Assembly (NCBI GenBank): GCA_010909165.1
Contig: MU008228.1
Location: forward strand, 64,818 to 128,817
Direction: 5' to 3'
DNA from: Anthoceros angustus
Taxonomy: Eukaryota > Plantae > Anthocerotophyta
Length of the DNA: 64,000 nt
Positions within the stretch are counted from its first letter, which is position 1. Each line of letters begins with the position of its first letter. Positions 47,501-59,548 of the stretch are shown here, piece by piece. The notes below the pieces were generated by a model. That model ran no database searches. It saw only the letters and a list, made by a program, of their open reading frames with translations, and was not told the DNA's origin. The position numbers and the translations under genes were made by a program.

Positions 47501-50500
47501 ACATTGCCCTCACAGTCTGCTTGGTAGCTTTCGAATACAAGACCTCTTGGCTATTGGACTCACCGCCCGCATATTTGCCGCCATCACCATATGTTTTCGA
47601 TTATCTCCTGCAAGATCAACGTTTTGTTCTTCTCGGCGATGACTCGACCTTACTATTGCGGCACTGCAGCGCTTTTACTCTTGAAGATGGTTCTCCTTCT
47701 TTTAAGTGATGTGCTACATGTTCCGCAAATGGCGAAGAATCTTATCTCCGTCCGACACTTGGTGAAGGACGGTACTTTCGAGCTAGAGTTGGCGGTGATT
47801 GCCTCCTCACAAGATCTGCTCTCGGTCGTGGTTGCTAGAGGTCGTCCGCGGCATGACCTCTATGTCTTCTCCGCCACTGCAGATCATGCCTTCCTCGACC
47901 CGGCTCCGCCATGGCCCGCTGCGGTCGGCGGAGTTCTCGCAAAGGTGACTCCCTATTATGGCATTCTCGGCTTGGACATATTAATCATGATAAGCTTTTA
48001 GAGATGTCTAGGCATGATTTATTTAGGGATAAGCTACCACACTTTTCACAGACTCCACCGTTATGTGAACCTTGTATATATGCTAAACAACGTAGCTTCC
48101 CCTATCCTACTCTACACCGTCAGACTACTCATTATGAGTTGGTCCATGTTGATCTTTGTGGTCCACTCCCGTCCCTTCACTTGGCGCGCCGCACTTTATG
48201 ACTATTGTTGATGACTATAGTCGCTATACCTTTGCTATTCCGCTCAAGTTGAAGAGTGATTCCTTGGCTCCTTTACTCCTTTTGTCACTATGAGCCGCAA
48301 ACCGGTTGCAAGCTTGGTGCATTAGATCGACAATGCGGAGAATTAAATAACCGCAATTTAAGGACTTACATCTTGAGAGGGATTATCCGTCGGTTCGGTT
48401 CCTATACTTCTCAGAATGGGGTTCTTGAAAAGGCCAGCGGCGATCGCTCGCCATGGCCGCGCCATGCTAGCCGCTCGGCTCCCCAAACCCTTCGGGCGGC
48501 GGTTAATCTGCGGCGTATCTCCGCACGGGGTTCTTTCCAAGTCGGCCCCGCCGACACCCTTTGAGTCCATGGATATAAGCCTCTTATTACTCATCTTGGA
48601 TTTTGGTGCCCGCCTATGCTAATATTCCTTCTCGCGACAAGCCGCCGTGCTCGCAAGTCGGTATTTTTGGCGAGGACCGTAAGGCTTATAAACGGTTGAC
48701 TTGGATACCCATGCTATTGTATATGCTCGCCTGTCACTTTTGATGAGGCTCGGTTAGCATCTGCTCGAGTCCATGGATTACGCCGGCTCCTTGACGACAC
48801 GCTTCTTCCGACCAGGTGACCTTATGCAGTTTTGACTCGGCCTCTTTCCGGACTCGGTCCCCGCACTTTGCTCCATCCGGCCTCTTCACCTCAAGCACCT
48901 ATACCTATTATTCCCGCCGGGGAAGATGAAACAGCCATTGTTGATCCTTATGAAAGCAGAGACTTTGGTGCTCTTAATTCACAAGACCCGAGATGCCTCG
49001 CTCCACCTTCTCCGTAACACTTGATCCGGCCCAAGCGGGTATCCTTCACATCACAACCGAGACACCTGGAATGAGATCCCTTTGATTTAGAGTTCAATCA
49101 AGTGGCTACACCACCGCGCAGTCATTTCAACGCCTTGATGTTGCCCTTGAGAGGAGATCCTCTCACTCTTCAAGAGGCATATTCGCGACGATGCTAAGTG
49201 GAAGTTGCTATTGATGATGAATATAATTCTCTTATCAAAAACAATACTTGGACTCTAGTAAACTTGCCAAAGGCGAACTCATCAAATGCAAGTGGGTTCT
49301 CAAAACTAAATTCCAGGAGGTTGAACCTCGTATTCGCTATAAGGCGAGACTAGTGGCTAAGGGTTATAGTCAGAAAGAGGGAGTGGACTATCAGGGCGAT
49401 AAGGTTTATTCACCTGTAGTCAAGGCTGCTTCCGTGAGAATGCTCCTGGCTTTATGTGCCGAGCTTAATCTGGAAATTTATCAGCTTGATGTTTGTATTG
49501 CTTTCCTTTATGGTCATCTGCAAGAAGAGATCTATATGGATCAACCAGAAGACTATGAAGATGAGCAATACCCAAACAAGGTGTGTAAACTTATTCGTTC
49601 TATTTACGGACTAAAGCAAAGCCCACGTTTATGGTATGAGAGAATGGACTCTTACCTCAAGAAGATAGGTTTATCCAAAGTGAAGCGGACACCAATATCT
49701 ATGTACTCATGAGACAGCTCCCTTGTCTTGGTTGCACTATATGTTGATGACTTAGTTATTCGCAACAGCTCCTATCACGATCGGTTCACGGAAACACGCC
49801 TTCGAGATATTCGGAGAGAAAACCAAGTATCATGCATCTTCGTATTTGGCTCGAGAGCTTTATATATACGCGAGGCGTAAACTTGACAACCGTTCAAGGG
49901 TTAATATTTGTTGATTCTGTTGAGATTGCTAAAGCTTACAAACTTATTGATGCGACACTTACACCTACTATAGCGAGTGTAACTTTCACGGAACACTAGA
50001 GCCACCGATCCACGGGGTGGCATATTACTTGAACAACATGATGGTCATTTGGCGTTTCTGAGATGAACATGACGACTACCCTGATGATGTTGATGGAGAT
50101 GCTCCTCCAGGTATCCAATCTTTTCCTCTTGTACAGCCTGTTGTGGTGCATCAACAGCCTCCGCCATTAGCACCTGTCCAACCACTAGTCCTTGATCCTC
50201 CAGCTGGTGATCCACAAGATGATAGACCTGTCGCAGATCCTGTCCCATATCCAGACAATCACTTAGATTCAGCATCTGAACCTGACAGTTCTTTCCAAGA
50301 TTCTGATTCTGCAGGTGAAGATGAGCCATTACATTCCGGATGCACACGAGCCTGTTAGTTCTACCGTGTGCATCGCCCTCCTCGAGTGGACAACCTCGTT
50401 ACATCCATTGATTTCGCGTCGGTCTCACTCCCACTATCCACCATGTTTCCCCACCGGTTATTCCTCCCGAGCTGTCACCCTTAAGGAAGCCTTCTTAAGC

Positions 50501-52707
50501 CCGAGATAGGGATAAGTGGAAGTTGCTATTGATGATGAATATAATTCTCTTATCAAAAACAATACTTGGACTCTAGTAAACTTGCCAAAGGCGTAACCAT
50601 CACAAATGCAAGTGGGTTCTCAAAACTAAATTCCGGAGGTTGAACCTCGTATTCGCTATAAGGCGAGACTAGTGGCTAAGGGTTATAGTCAAAGAGGAGT
50701 GGACTATCGTAGGCGATAAGGTTTATTCACATGTAGTCAAGGTCGTGAGAATGCTCCACGGCTTTATGTGCCGAGCTTAACTGGAAATTTATCACTTGAT
50801 GTTTGTCTTGCTTTCCTTTATGGTCATCTGCAAGAAGAGATCTATATGGATCAACGAAGACTATGAAGATGAGCAATACCCAAACAAGGTGTGTAAACTT
50901 ATTCGTTCTATTTACTGGACTAAAGCAAAGCCCACGTTTATGGTATGAGAGAATGGACTCTTACCTCAAGAAGATAGGGTTTATCCAAAGTGAAGCGGAC
51001 ACCAATATCTATGTACTCATGAAGGACAGCTCCCTTGTCTTGGTTGCACTATATGTTGATGACTTAGTTATTCGCAACAATATTGAACTAGTTAACAAGA
51101 TTAAAGTGACCTTAGTAAAGAATTCGAGATGAAGGATCTCGGCAAAGTTAAATATATTCTTGGTATGCATGTACATAGAGATACCACGGTGCTATCTATC
51201 TCCATCAAGGAAGATATGTAGTGGTATGTTAAAACGCTTCAATTTGGAGAATGCACGCCCCACACCGGCCGTAGGAGTTAAGCTTTCATCGCTACATCAC
51301 AATCGAGCAGGAAAAGAAAGAGATGGAAAATATTCCTTATCGTATGGGAGTTGGTACTCTCATGTTCTTGAGTAATCGGACGGACGATATCTCAAATCAT
51401 AAATGCTATTGCTCGGTTCTCGGAGAATCCGGAAAGGATCACGGGTTGCTCTCAAGCGCATCATGCGGTACCTCAAGGGTACTCCAAATTATGGCCTCGC
51501 TTCAAGCCTAGCGGAAAGAAGCATCCGCCATCGACATGCTTTGTCGATGCAGTTGGGCTTGACGACACCGAAAAAGTATCTCAAAGATATTGCTTTCTTC
51601 GGCTCCACTTTGTTAATTGGTCTTGTAGAAAACAAGCTGCAATATCACTTTCATCAATGTAATCGAGTACAAAGCACTCAAAGCCACGAAAGAGGTGAAT
51701 GGGAAGAAAGCTATGTGAAGATTTGGATATGAAGGATGTCCCGTATAGACATGCTGTGGGAAGCCTCTTGTTTGTGAGCAATTGGACACGTCCTGATATC
51801 ACGTTTGCAGTGAACACTGCTTCTCAGTTCTTGGAATGTCCTGGGAGAAATCATTGGACAGCAGTTAAACGGGTATTCCGTTACCTCAAGGGTACACATT
51901 ATTTGGGCCTATGTTACAAGCGAGGAGGTTCACACCCTACCTTACATGGTTTCGTTGATGCTGACTGGGCATCTGATGGCGATTCACGTAAGAGCCTTTC
52001 GACCTATGCATTCATACATCCTCCGTCATTGGTTGGAGTAAAAACAAACAAATATAGCTCTTTCAAGCCGAGGCGGAATACAAATGCTTGGCTGCCAAAG
52101 AGGTGGAGTGGGAGAGGGCCTTTGATCCATGCACGAACCTACCATCCTCTTTCATGCGCGAAGCATATTGAGATTCAACACCATTATATTCGTGACGCCG
52201 AGAGGAATTGTTAAGTATGTAGCATTTACAATATCAGATATCCGACAAAATCCTTGCCAGTTCAAACACGCTTCCACAGAGAAGGGCTTGGATTGGTTGA
52301 TGTGACTTTTGAAGTGGACCGATCACACATTTGGTGAGGCGATCTTATCTCGAAGCGTTCGATTACTTGAAGTTGTGACTATTGTAGACCGCTTGCTTCA
52401 ATCTTACTTGCGGCCGGTGTGATCGGTGAGTTGAGTTTAGTTGAAGACCGTAGTACTTATACAATACTCCGGCAAATGATTATTAGTTCTTTGATTTAGA
52501 TAACCCAACTAGTCCGAGAGGAGAGTTAGAAGATGACCGCGTTGGTTATGGTTACCTTAGCTAAACCCAGTGGTCATACCCTTTGGTATCTAGAGAAGAG
52601 GTACAACTCTTCAGACACAGGCTATAAAAGCCCACCTCTTGTAATCAATTGTATCAATTAGTAAAGCACTATCTTTGATCAAACGCTTCCGCAAAGCACC
52701 TCAAACT
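44531..52707 (+). mobile_element. Ty1/copia element C with AG...CT LTR termini, degraded internal region
   Basis: LTRs at 44531-44722 and 52524-52707 (AGTTAG...AAACT). TSD GATTG. PBS at 44723. PPT GAGAGGAG. Fragments of gag, IN (LWHSRLGH), RT (KARLVAKGYSQ, LYVDDL) and RH. Confidence 0.92.
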
Positions 52708-52712
52708 GATTG

Positions 52713-55316
52713 GTTGATCATGGTGCAGCGCCAAACTGGTCGTTTGTTAAAGCTCTTTAGGACCGACAATGGCGGTGAATTTGTCAACCATGCCTTCACA
52801 GAGTTCTTGACCAGCCAAGGCATTGTTCATCAACTCATTGTCCCATATACCCAGCAGCAAAACGGGGTGGCTGAACGAAAGAATCAGACATTGATGGGGA
52901 TGACGAGGTCAATGCTCTTGTGGTCAGGATTACCTTCTCCATACTAGGCAGAAGCAGTAGTGACAGCTACATATATACTCAACAGGCTCCTATCACAGTC
53001 GGTTCCTGGAAACACGCCTTTCGAGATATTCTGGAAGAGAAAACCAAGTATCATGCATCTTCGCGTATTTGGCTCGAGAGCTTTTGCGTATATACCTGCT
53101 GAGAAGAGGCGTAAACTTGACAACCGTTTCAAGGGGTTAATATTTGTTGGTTACAGCGAGATTGCTAAAGCTTACAAACTTATTGATGCAGACACTTTAC
53201 AGCCTACTATAGCAAGGAGTGTAACTTTCCTGGAGACACTAGAGCCACCAGTCACAGGGGGTGGCATATTACTTGAACAACATGATGGTCATTTGACGTT
53301 TACAGATGAACATGACGACTACCCTGATGATGTTGATGGAGATGCTCCTCCAGGTATCCAATCTTTTCCTCTTGTACAGCCTGTTGTGGTGCATCAACAG
53401 CCTCCGCCATTAGCACCTGTCCAACCACTAGTCCTTGATCCTCCAGCTGGTGATCCACAAGATGATAGACCTGTCGCAGATCCTGTCCCATATCCAGACA
53501 ATCACTTAGATTGATCCGAACTGGCGTTCTTTCCAAGATTACGATTGCGGTGAAGATGAGCCATTACACTGCTCCAGAGTTGCATGCACGAGCATTTCGC
53601 GTTCTACCGTGTGCATCGCCTCCTCGAGTGGATGTAACCTCGTTACATCCATTGATTTCCGCAAGTCAGTGGGAGTCTGCACTCCCACTATCCACCATGT
53701 TTCCCCACCAGTTATTCCTCCTGAGCCTGTCACCCTTAAGGAAGCCTTCTTAAGCCCAGATAGGGATAAGTGGAAATATGCTGTGGAAGATGAGTACAAT
53801 AGCTTAATTCAAAATGGTACCTGGAAGTTGGTTCCCCGTCCTGAAGGCCGCAGACCCATTACGTGCAAATGGGTTTTCAAACACAAACTTAACTCTAAGG
53901 GGGAGATTGCCAGGTATAAGGCTCGTTTGTGTGCCCGGGAGTTTACCCAAATTCCAGGCCTAGACTTCCAGGAGACATTCTCTCCTGTAGTCAGATCCCA
54001 CTCTATCCGCCTTATTCTTGCTCTAGCAGCTGAACATGACCTTGAGCTTGAGCAAATGGACGTCAAGACCCTTTCTTACATGGTGTTTTAGAGGAAGAGT
54101 TGTATATGGAGCAGCCCGAGGGCTACGAGGACCCTACACATCCAGATTGGGTTTGTCAGTTAATCAAGTGTATTTATGGCTTGAGACAATCTGCAGAACG
54201 ATGGAATGCTAGACTAGACACTTGCCTGCGTGCACTTGGTTTTCGACAGAGTCCTGCTGATCCATCAGTTTACATCTATGATGAAGGCTCCTCCTATGTG
54301 CTGTTGGCAGTATATGTTGACGATGCTATATTTGCAGCCAACGACAAACAGCTATAAGCAAAAGTTCAAGCTTTGTTACGTAATGAATTCGAAATGACTG
54401 ATGTTGGTGAGTTGAAGTTCTGCCTGGGCATTCAAGTGCTGCGAGTGAGAGAGCAGGGAATGATTATTATTCATCAACACAAATACATTGCTGAAATTCT
54501 GCAACGATTCCATATGGACGCAGCTCACCCTGCTGCCACACCTGGAGCAACTGGTGTGCGACTCACAAAACTGGATAGTCCCACCTCAGCTATGGATATC
54601 GAAGATATGAAGGATGTCCCGTATAGACATGCTGTGGGAAGCCTCTTGTTTGTGAGCAATTGGACACGTCCTGATATCACGTTTGCAGTGAACACTGCTT
54701 CTCAGTTCTTGGAATGTCCTGGGAGAAATCATTGGACGATTAAGCGGGTATTAGTTACCTCAAGGGTACACATTATTTGGGCCTATGTTACAAGCGAGGA
54801 GGTTCACACCCTACCTTACATGGTTTCGTTGATGCTGACTGGGCATCTGATGGCGATTCACGTAAGAGCCTTTCGACCTATGCATTCCTTCTGTCCTCCG
54901 CTGCTGTTGGTTGGAGCTGTAAAAAACAAACAAATATAGCTCTTTCAAGCACAGAGGCGGAATACAAATGCTTAACTGATGCTGCCAAAGAGGTGGAGTG
55001 GGAGAGGGCCTTTCTGGCTTCAGTCCATGCAGCGCAGCCAGAACCTACCATCCTCTTTTGCGACAATCAGTCTGCTCTTGCCCTTGTTGAGCGTCCCCGC
55101 TTCCACGCCCGTACCAAACACATCGAGATCCAGCACCATTACGTTAGAGATGTAAAATCCAGAGGTATTGTTCTGCCCACTTACATACATACAGATTCTA
55201 ACGTTGCTGACATTCTCACAAAATCTTTGCCCAAGCACAAGCATCAGACACATGTAGATGGTTTGGGTCTTGTAGATTTCTCATCACACTTTACTGCAAC
55301 ACTGAAGCTTACATGA
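52713..55316 (+). pseudogene. Element A polyprotein, 3' part (IN core, RT, RNase H), with stops and frameshifts
   Basis: RTDNGGEF, QQNGVAERKN, KARLCAR, LAVYVDDA, GFVDADWA, RTKHIEIQHH. TAG at 52945 and TAA at 54355. Confidence 0.92.
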
Positions 55317-57096
55317 TTAGCAGACCTAGAGTATCCCAAACAATTCTAGCTTCTACTATGTGGTTTTCTCCCTCATGTCTCCACCTGCCTGCATACCTGT
55401 ACATTACATTCAGGCACGTGTTTGTTTCAGTTACCTATCCAGCTTTGTCTGCTTCGCCATGTACACTCTGTCCCCTTTCAGTGGGAGTCAGCATAGGCCA
55501 GACAAGCTATTAATTTCCATGCATTCAGAGGATGAAGCCAAACACCGATCTAACCCTGGAACATGGAATCACTTGAATCACGGACAGTGTTACCTCTAGA
55601 GTCATGCGCCTCCTTCTTCCTTTGGTTTGTACAGTCCTTGAGCAGACAGTTCCCTTAGCAGGTCCTTGTATTTGTCCACTGTCAGCTGCTTGTCGTCCTC
55701 CCTAATCTCTACTCCTGCCCCGGCCTTTTCCTTGAGTCATGAACAGGCTTCCTCCAGCCTCTCCAACCTCTGCCTCACGATCGCCTAGCCAGGTTCAACA
55801 ACGTGCCCCTGTGCGCCGTGGTCGGCCACATCTTCTGTGAAGCCGTGGGACTGCTTGAACCCTGGAATTCTTCTTCTTGGCTTTGGCTTCTTTTCTCCAG
55901 TCGCTTCAGGCTTGATAGCCTATAGCTCACAGATTTGATCATGCTGAGGATTAGCCTTACGGTTGATGGCGCTGCAAGGAAGGTAATGGCTGCAATTTCC
56001 AGCAACAAGAGAGATAGGGCGAACCACGCAACAGGATTGTCACTTATATCTCTGCTCATTGTGAGAAATGGGAATTTGAAGCGTTGTGGCAACCTAGGGT
56101 TTACTGCATAAGATTTAAATAGCTTTTCACTTTAACCCGTCGAGGTTAAGTGGGAGTGTTGAATAGATAACCATCTCGGGTTAAATATACCTAGTTAATT
56201 AGGTTAAATACATTATACTATAAATACTCTTGGTGCTTCATGTTTCAATTATTCACGCTTTTCATATTCCTCCTATCCACAAGCATACGTTACTATCAAG
56301 CTACCGATGCTCTATGGATCGGATCACAGGGTACGAAACCCGCATCAAGAAGGAGGAAGATCTGGAGTTGTAGGAGAGGATATCCTATGAAGAACGCAGG
56401 AAGAAGTGTTCCTCCAATTCTGAGGAGAAAACTTCGTCTTCTTACAAGTCTGATTCAAAATACCCAAATGCAACTTCAACCTCTGAATCCGTCTCAATGC
56501 GCTCTAGGGAGACGTATGTTCCTCCTGGATACTCCTCTGATAGCTATAGTAAGGGCTTCTAGAGCCATATAAATTTAAGAAGACTTACTGTGACCTAGGA
56601 ACTCCGAGGAGACTCCTGGTCCTAAACTGTTGACATGTTTTTCGTGCAGCTCTCTTCTTAGAGCTTTTGTGAGAATCTGCCGGGTTTTCTTGGGTAGGCA
56701 CATACTGTAAATCAATGGTGCCTGCATTCAGTAGTTCTCATATCCATTGATACTCGACTGCAACATGTTTAGTCCTCGAGTGAAACAAAGGGTTTTCTGC
56801 TAATGAAATGGAACTCTGGTTGTCTGTCTTGATAGTGATGCAGGTTGGTAACTGAATCCCAAGTTCTGAGAAGAGTAACTTCAACCAAATCACCTCCTTC
56901 GTGGCTGCTGTAAGCACTCTAAACTCAGCTTATGTGCTTGAGAGCGCGACTGTTGGTTGTTTCTTGCTCGACCAGCAAATAGGGCCACCTGCAAAGTTTA
57001 CTATATATGTAGCCAGACACTGACCTACGTGTATCAATTTCCCTAGCATAATCAGAGTCAGTGTAGACCTCGAGGTTAGGTAATACACCCTTGTCA

Positions 57097-59548
57097 TGAC
57101 ACCCTGGTGTTGTGTTCGGTAAAGGGGTATGTGGGTGGATGCATGTGCGTGAGTATGGTATGTATGTCCGCTTATGGGCATGCATGTATGGTGAGAATGA
57201 ATGATGGATATGCATGCGATGTGGAACATGTGTGTGTAAGTTCTGAGGGTGGTCACGAATCGCGTATGGGCAGCGGGTGTCGAAACCGTGACCAGCCGTA
57301 GTTGCGGCGGAGTTATTGTGAGCCGCATTTACGGGCGGCGTCGCACGTCTTTTCATGAGGGTGTCAAGGCGCGCCGCGCGGGTACCTGTGATTTGGCGAG
57401 AGAAGGCGCGCCAAGCACTTAGGCAGTATAAGATAGCAAGCAATCCGCAGTAGCAGACGGATTGCTGATGTTTGTTCTTGGGAGCAGCCATACGGATCCC
57501 AACGTAGCAGGATGGAGTTCCCTTGGACAGCGATAGCTCTTGGGAAGTGTGGATGAGCGGGATTGGACCCTACATCCAAGCTGAAATGAAATTTTGCACA
57601 TCAAGTTGAAATTTGGATCTGGCGGCGTGCTGAAACAAGCTAAGCCGTGAGTCTTTGTGAAGGAACTCAAGGGCGTCAGAAGGACGGTGGAGCATCTGAG
57701 ATAAATCCATGGTGAGCTTGATGAGGATCAGACTACTGTGTTGTTTATGCGGGTCGGTCCATTACGCATTTAGCGCCTAGCGTAACTAGAACCCGCATAT
57801 TTGTGGCAGAGGTTGTGGAATGAAGTGATCGACAAACTGTCATGGTTGGCTGATTGGACGGAAGGGGGAGCCAACACTAACTTTGATGAAATGCCATACA
57901 TAGTTTCTCGCAGAGGAAGGGATTGGTAAGGTAATGGTGTTTCTGCGGTCTGGGTGGACAAACGAGTTTACTCCTATTCAGGAAGCTCGCAGTCCTGACA
58001 TACAATATACTTCAGTCCATAAGCCAAGTGGTCAGATTGAGAGGGTGTACAGTCCCATCCGATCCAGCGCATTTGAAGAGAGTGGTAGTGGAGTCGGAAT
58101 GGAATACGAGATAGCGCCTAGTAAAAATGATGTGTTCACCGGCATATGGCAGATGTCGCTATCGACTTTGAGGAAAAGTTCAGGTGGGCAATCGATGAGA
58201 TGGTGCTCAAGTACAAGTCCGAATTCACGCCCGAAATGGCACTAAGGAAGATGAGCACAATTCTTGCAGGAGAGGCACTGACTTGCTACCGTGACTGCAA
58301 GGATCAGATCTTGCAGGATGTGCGGACTCTGCCCAAGGCAAGAATGGCCAAGAAGATGTTGAAAGCAGATGAAGTGGAGGAGGCGTCCAGTTCCACACAA
58401 ACTGATGCCATTACGTACCTGGTGGATGAAATGTTCTCCAAATTCGCGGAAATGTTTCCGGTAGCCTCTATAGAGAAGATTCAGGAGCTGTCGAAATTTA
58501 CCATCAAGCCCAACGAACCTCTCAGATCCGCCTATTTGAGGTTGAGGCAACTGGTGAAAGACACGCGTGTGAAGACGATGCGGGAAGCCGCCCAGATTTA
58601 CATAGCTGCCCTTCCAGGAAGACAAAGAAGGGTGATTGCCAATTTCCTGCACATGATGCATGGTGCCGACTACGAGCTAGAACAAGCCTATGAGATGGCC
58701 GAAAGGGTCATGAAGGGCGACGCGGTGACAAGTGCTTACTGGGAGGAGCATAATCTGGTCAGAGGACAGCAGCATGTCATGAGCAACCCAAGGTTTCAAG
58801 GAAGAACCACGCAGCGCGAGCACACTCAGGTGAACACGCTGCGGAATTCCCCAGCCAAGGAACACGCGGCCACCAACAAAGCTACGGTGAAATGTCTTCG
58901 CTGCAGGGGGCCGCATAAGGCCTTCGAGTGTGAGTATCGGATTGGGGGGACGAAGGAGAAGGAGCAGTGCCGAACGTGTGCCAAAACCGGACATCTGAGC
59001 GGCATGTTGGCGAGCTCATCCACAATTCAAGCCAAAGGGGCTGGAGCGGTGTCGACAAGGCAAAATCAGAGGGTACACGAGCGCTTCTCGATGAGGTGCA
59101 GTGCAAGAAAAGTTAGCCATGAGTGTAAGCACGGGGAAGTTCGGTTGCTATCGAGGATTATGATTCGGATCCGGTGTATGCGCTAATGGCCACAAAGTCG
59201 CCTGAGGATGAACGGGCTAGCGTCGACTTGGGTGGAGCGGTGCGAAGAAAGAAGGGTGAAGAAAGGATTCAGCTCAAGATGCCCAAATCTTTTAGGCAGT
59301 ATGAAGAAGACCAGGAGGGACGGACGTCTGAAGAGAAATCACCCAGTGCTGAACTTATGCTCGAGAAGGTAATGGATGTGCCCGTGATGAGTTTGCGTGA
59401 TCTGGGAGTCAAAACGCAACCATTTAAGCAGGCTATGAAGGCCTGGATACAAAAGGAATCTGCAGGACGCGACGAGGTGTCTGGATGTGTCAGCCTACGC
59501 GGGGACCACCTGAAGCCAGCGGCACGGGGCAAAGGAGGCATTGCCATG
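57097..59548 (+). mobile_element. Truncated Ty3/gypsy-like element F inserted in D
   Basis: Candidate LTR 57097-57366 with 9-bp terminal inverted repeat TGACACCCT...AGGGTGTCA, then PBS-like GGCGCGCC. Gag-like ORF 58146-59186 (ILAGEALTCY, FTIKPNEPLRSAYLRL, CLRCRGPHKAFEC). Confidence 0.65.
58146..59186 (+). CDS. Retrotransposon gag-like protein
   Basis: Retrotrans_gag-like helices and two CCHC-like knuckles. Continues frameshifted to 59557. Confidence 0.65.
   Translation: MADVAIDFEEKFRWAIDEMVLKYKSEFTPEMALRKMSTILAGEALTCYRDCKDQILQDVRTLPKARMAKKMLKADEVEEASSSTQTDAITYLVDEMFSKFAEMFPVASIEKIQELSKFTIKPNEPLRSAYLRLRQLVKDTRVKTMREAAQIYIAALPGRQRRVIANFLHMMHGADYELEQAYEMAERVMKGDAVTSAYWEEHNLVRGQQHVMSNPRFQGRTTQREHTQVNTLRNSPAKEHAATNKATVKCLRCRGPHKAFECEYRIGGTKEKEQCRTCAKTGHLSGMLASSSTIQAKGAGAVSTRQNQRVHERFSMRCSARKVSHECKHGEVRLLSRIMIRIRCMR

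Larger units (their letters stand above)
37594..56326 (+). mobile_element. Full-length Ty1/copia element A with two nested insertions
   Basis: 170-bp LTRs at 37594-37763 and 56157-56326 (1 mismatch). TSD CAGGG. PBS 37764-37775. PPT AAGTGGGAG. gag-PR-IN 42741-44530 resumes at 52713 into IN-RT-RH to 55316. Confidence 0.95.
36441..57096 (-). mobile_element. Older Ty1/copia element D (3' LTR, 3' region and RNase H), host of element A
   Basis: LTR-like 36441-36684 (TG...CA) adjoins the PPT complement CTCCCACTT (36685-36693). RNase H on the minus strand at ~56660-57096 (YTDSDYA...RRSVSGY...WSSKKQPTVALSST...DNQSSISLAENP.FHSRTKH). The 5' part is missing. Confidence 0.7.

Noticed and set aside
37594-56326. 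Nested elements with more LTR differences than their host
   Set aside because: 1/170 versus 3/251 mismatches is too few to distinguish, and the differences in C's LTRs are mainly indel errors.
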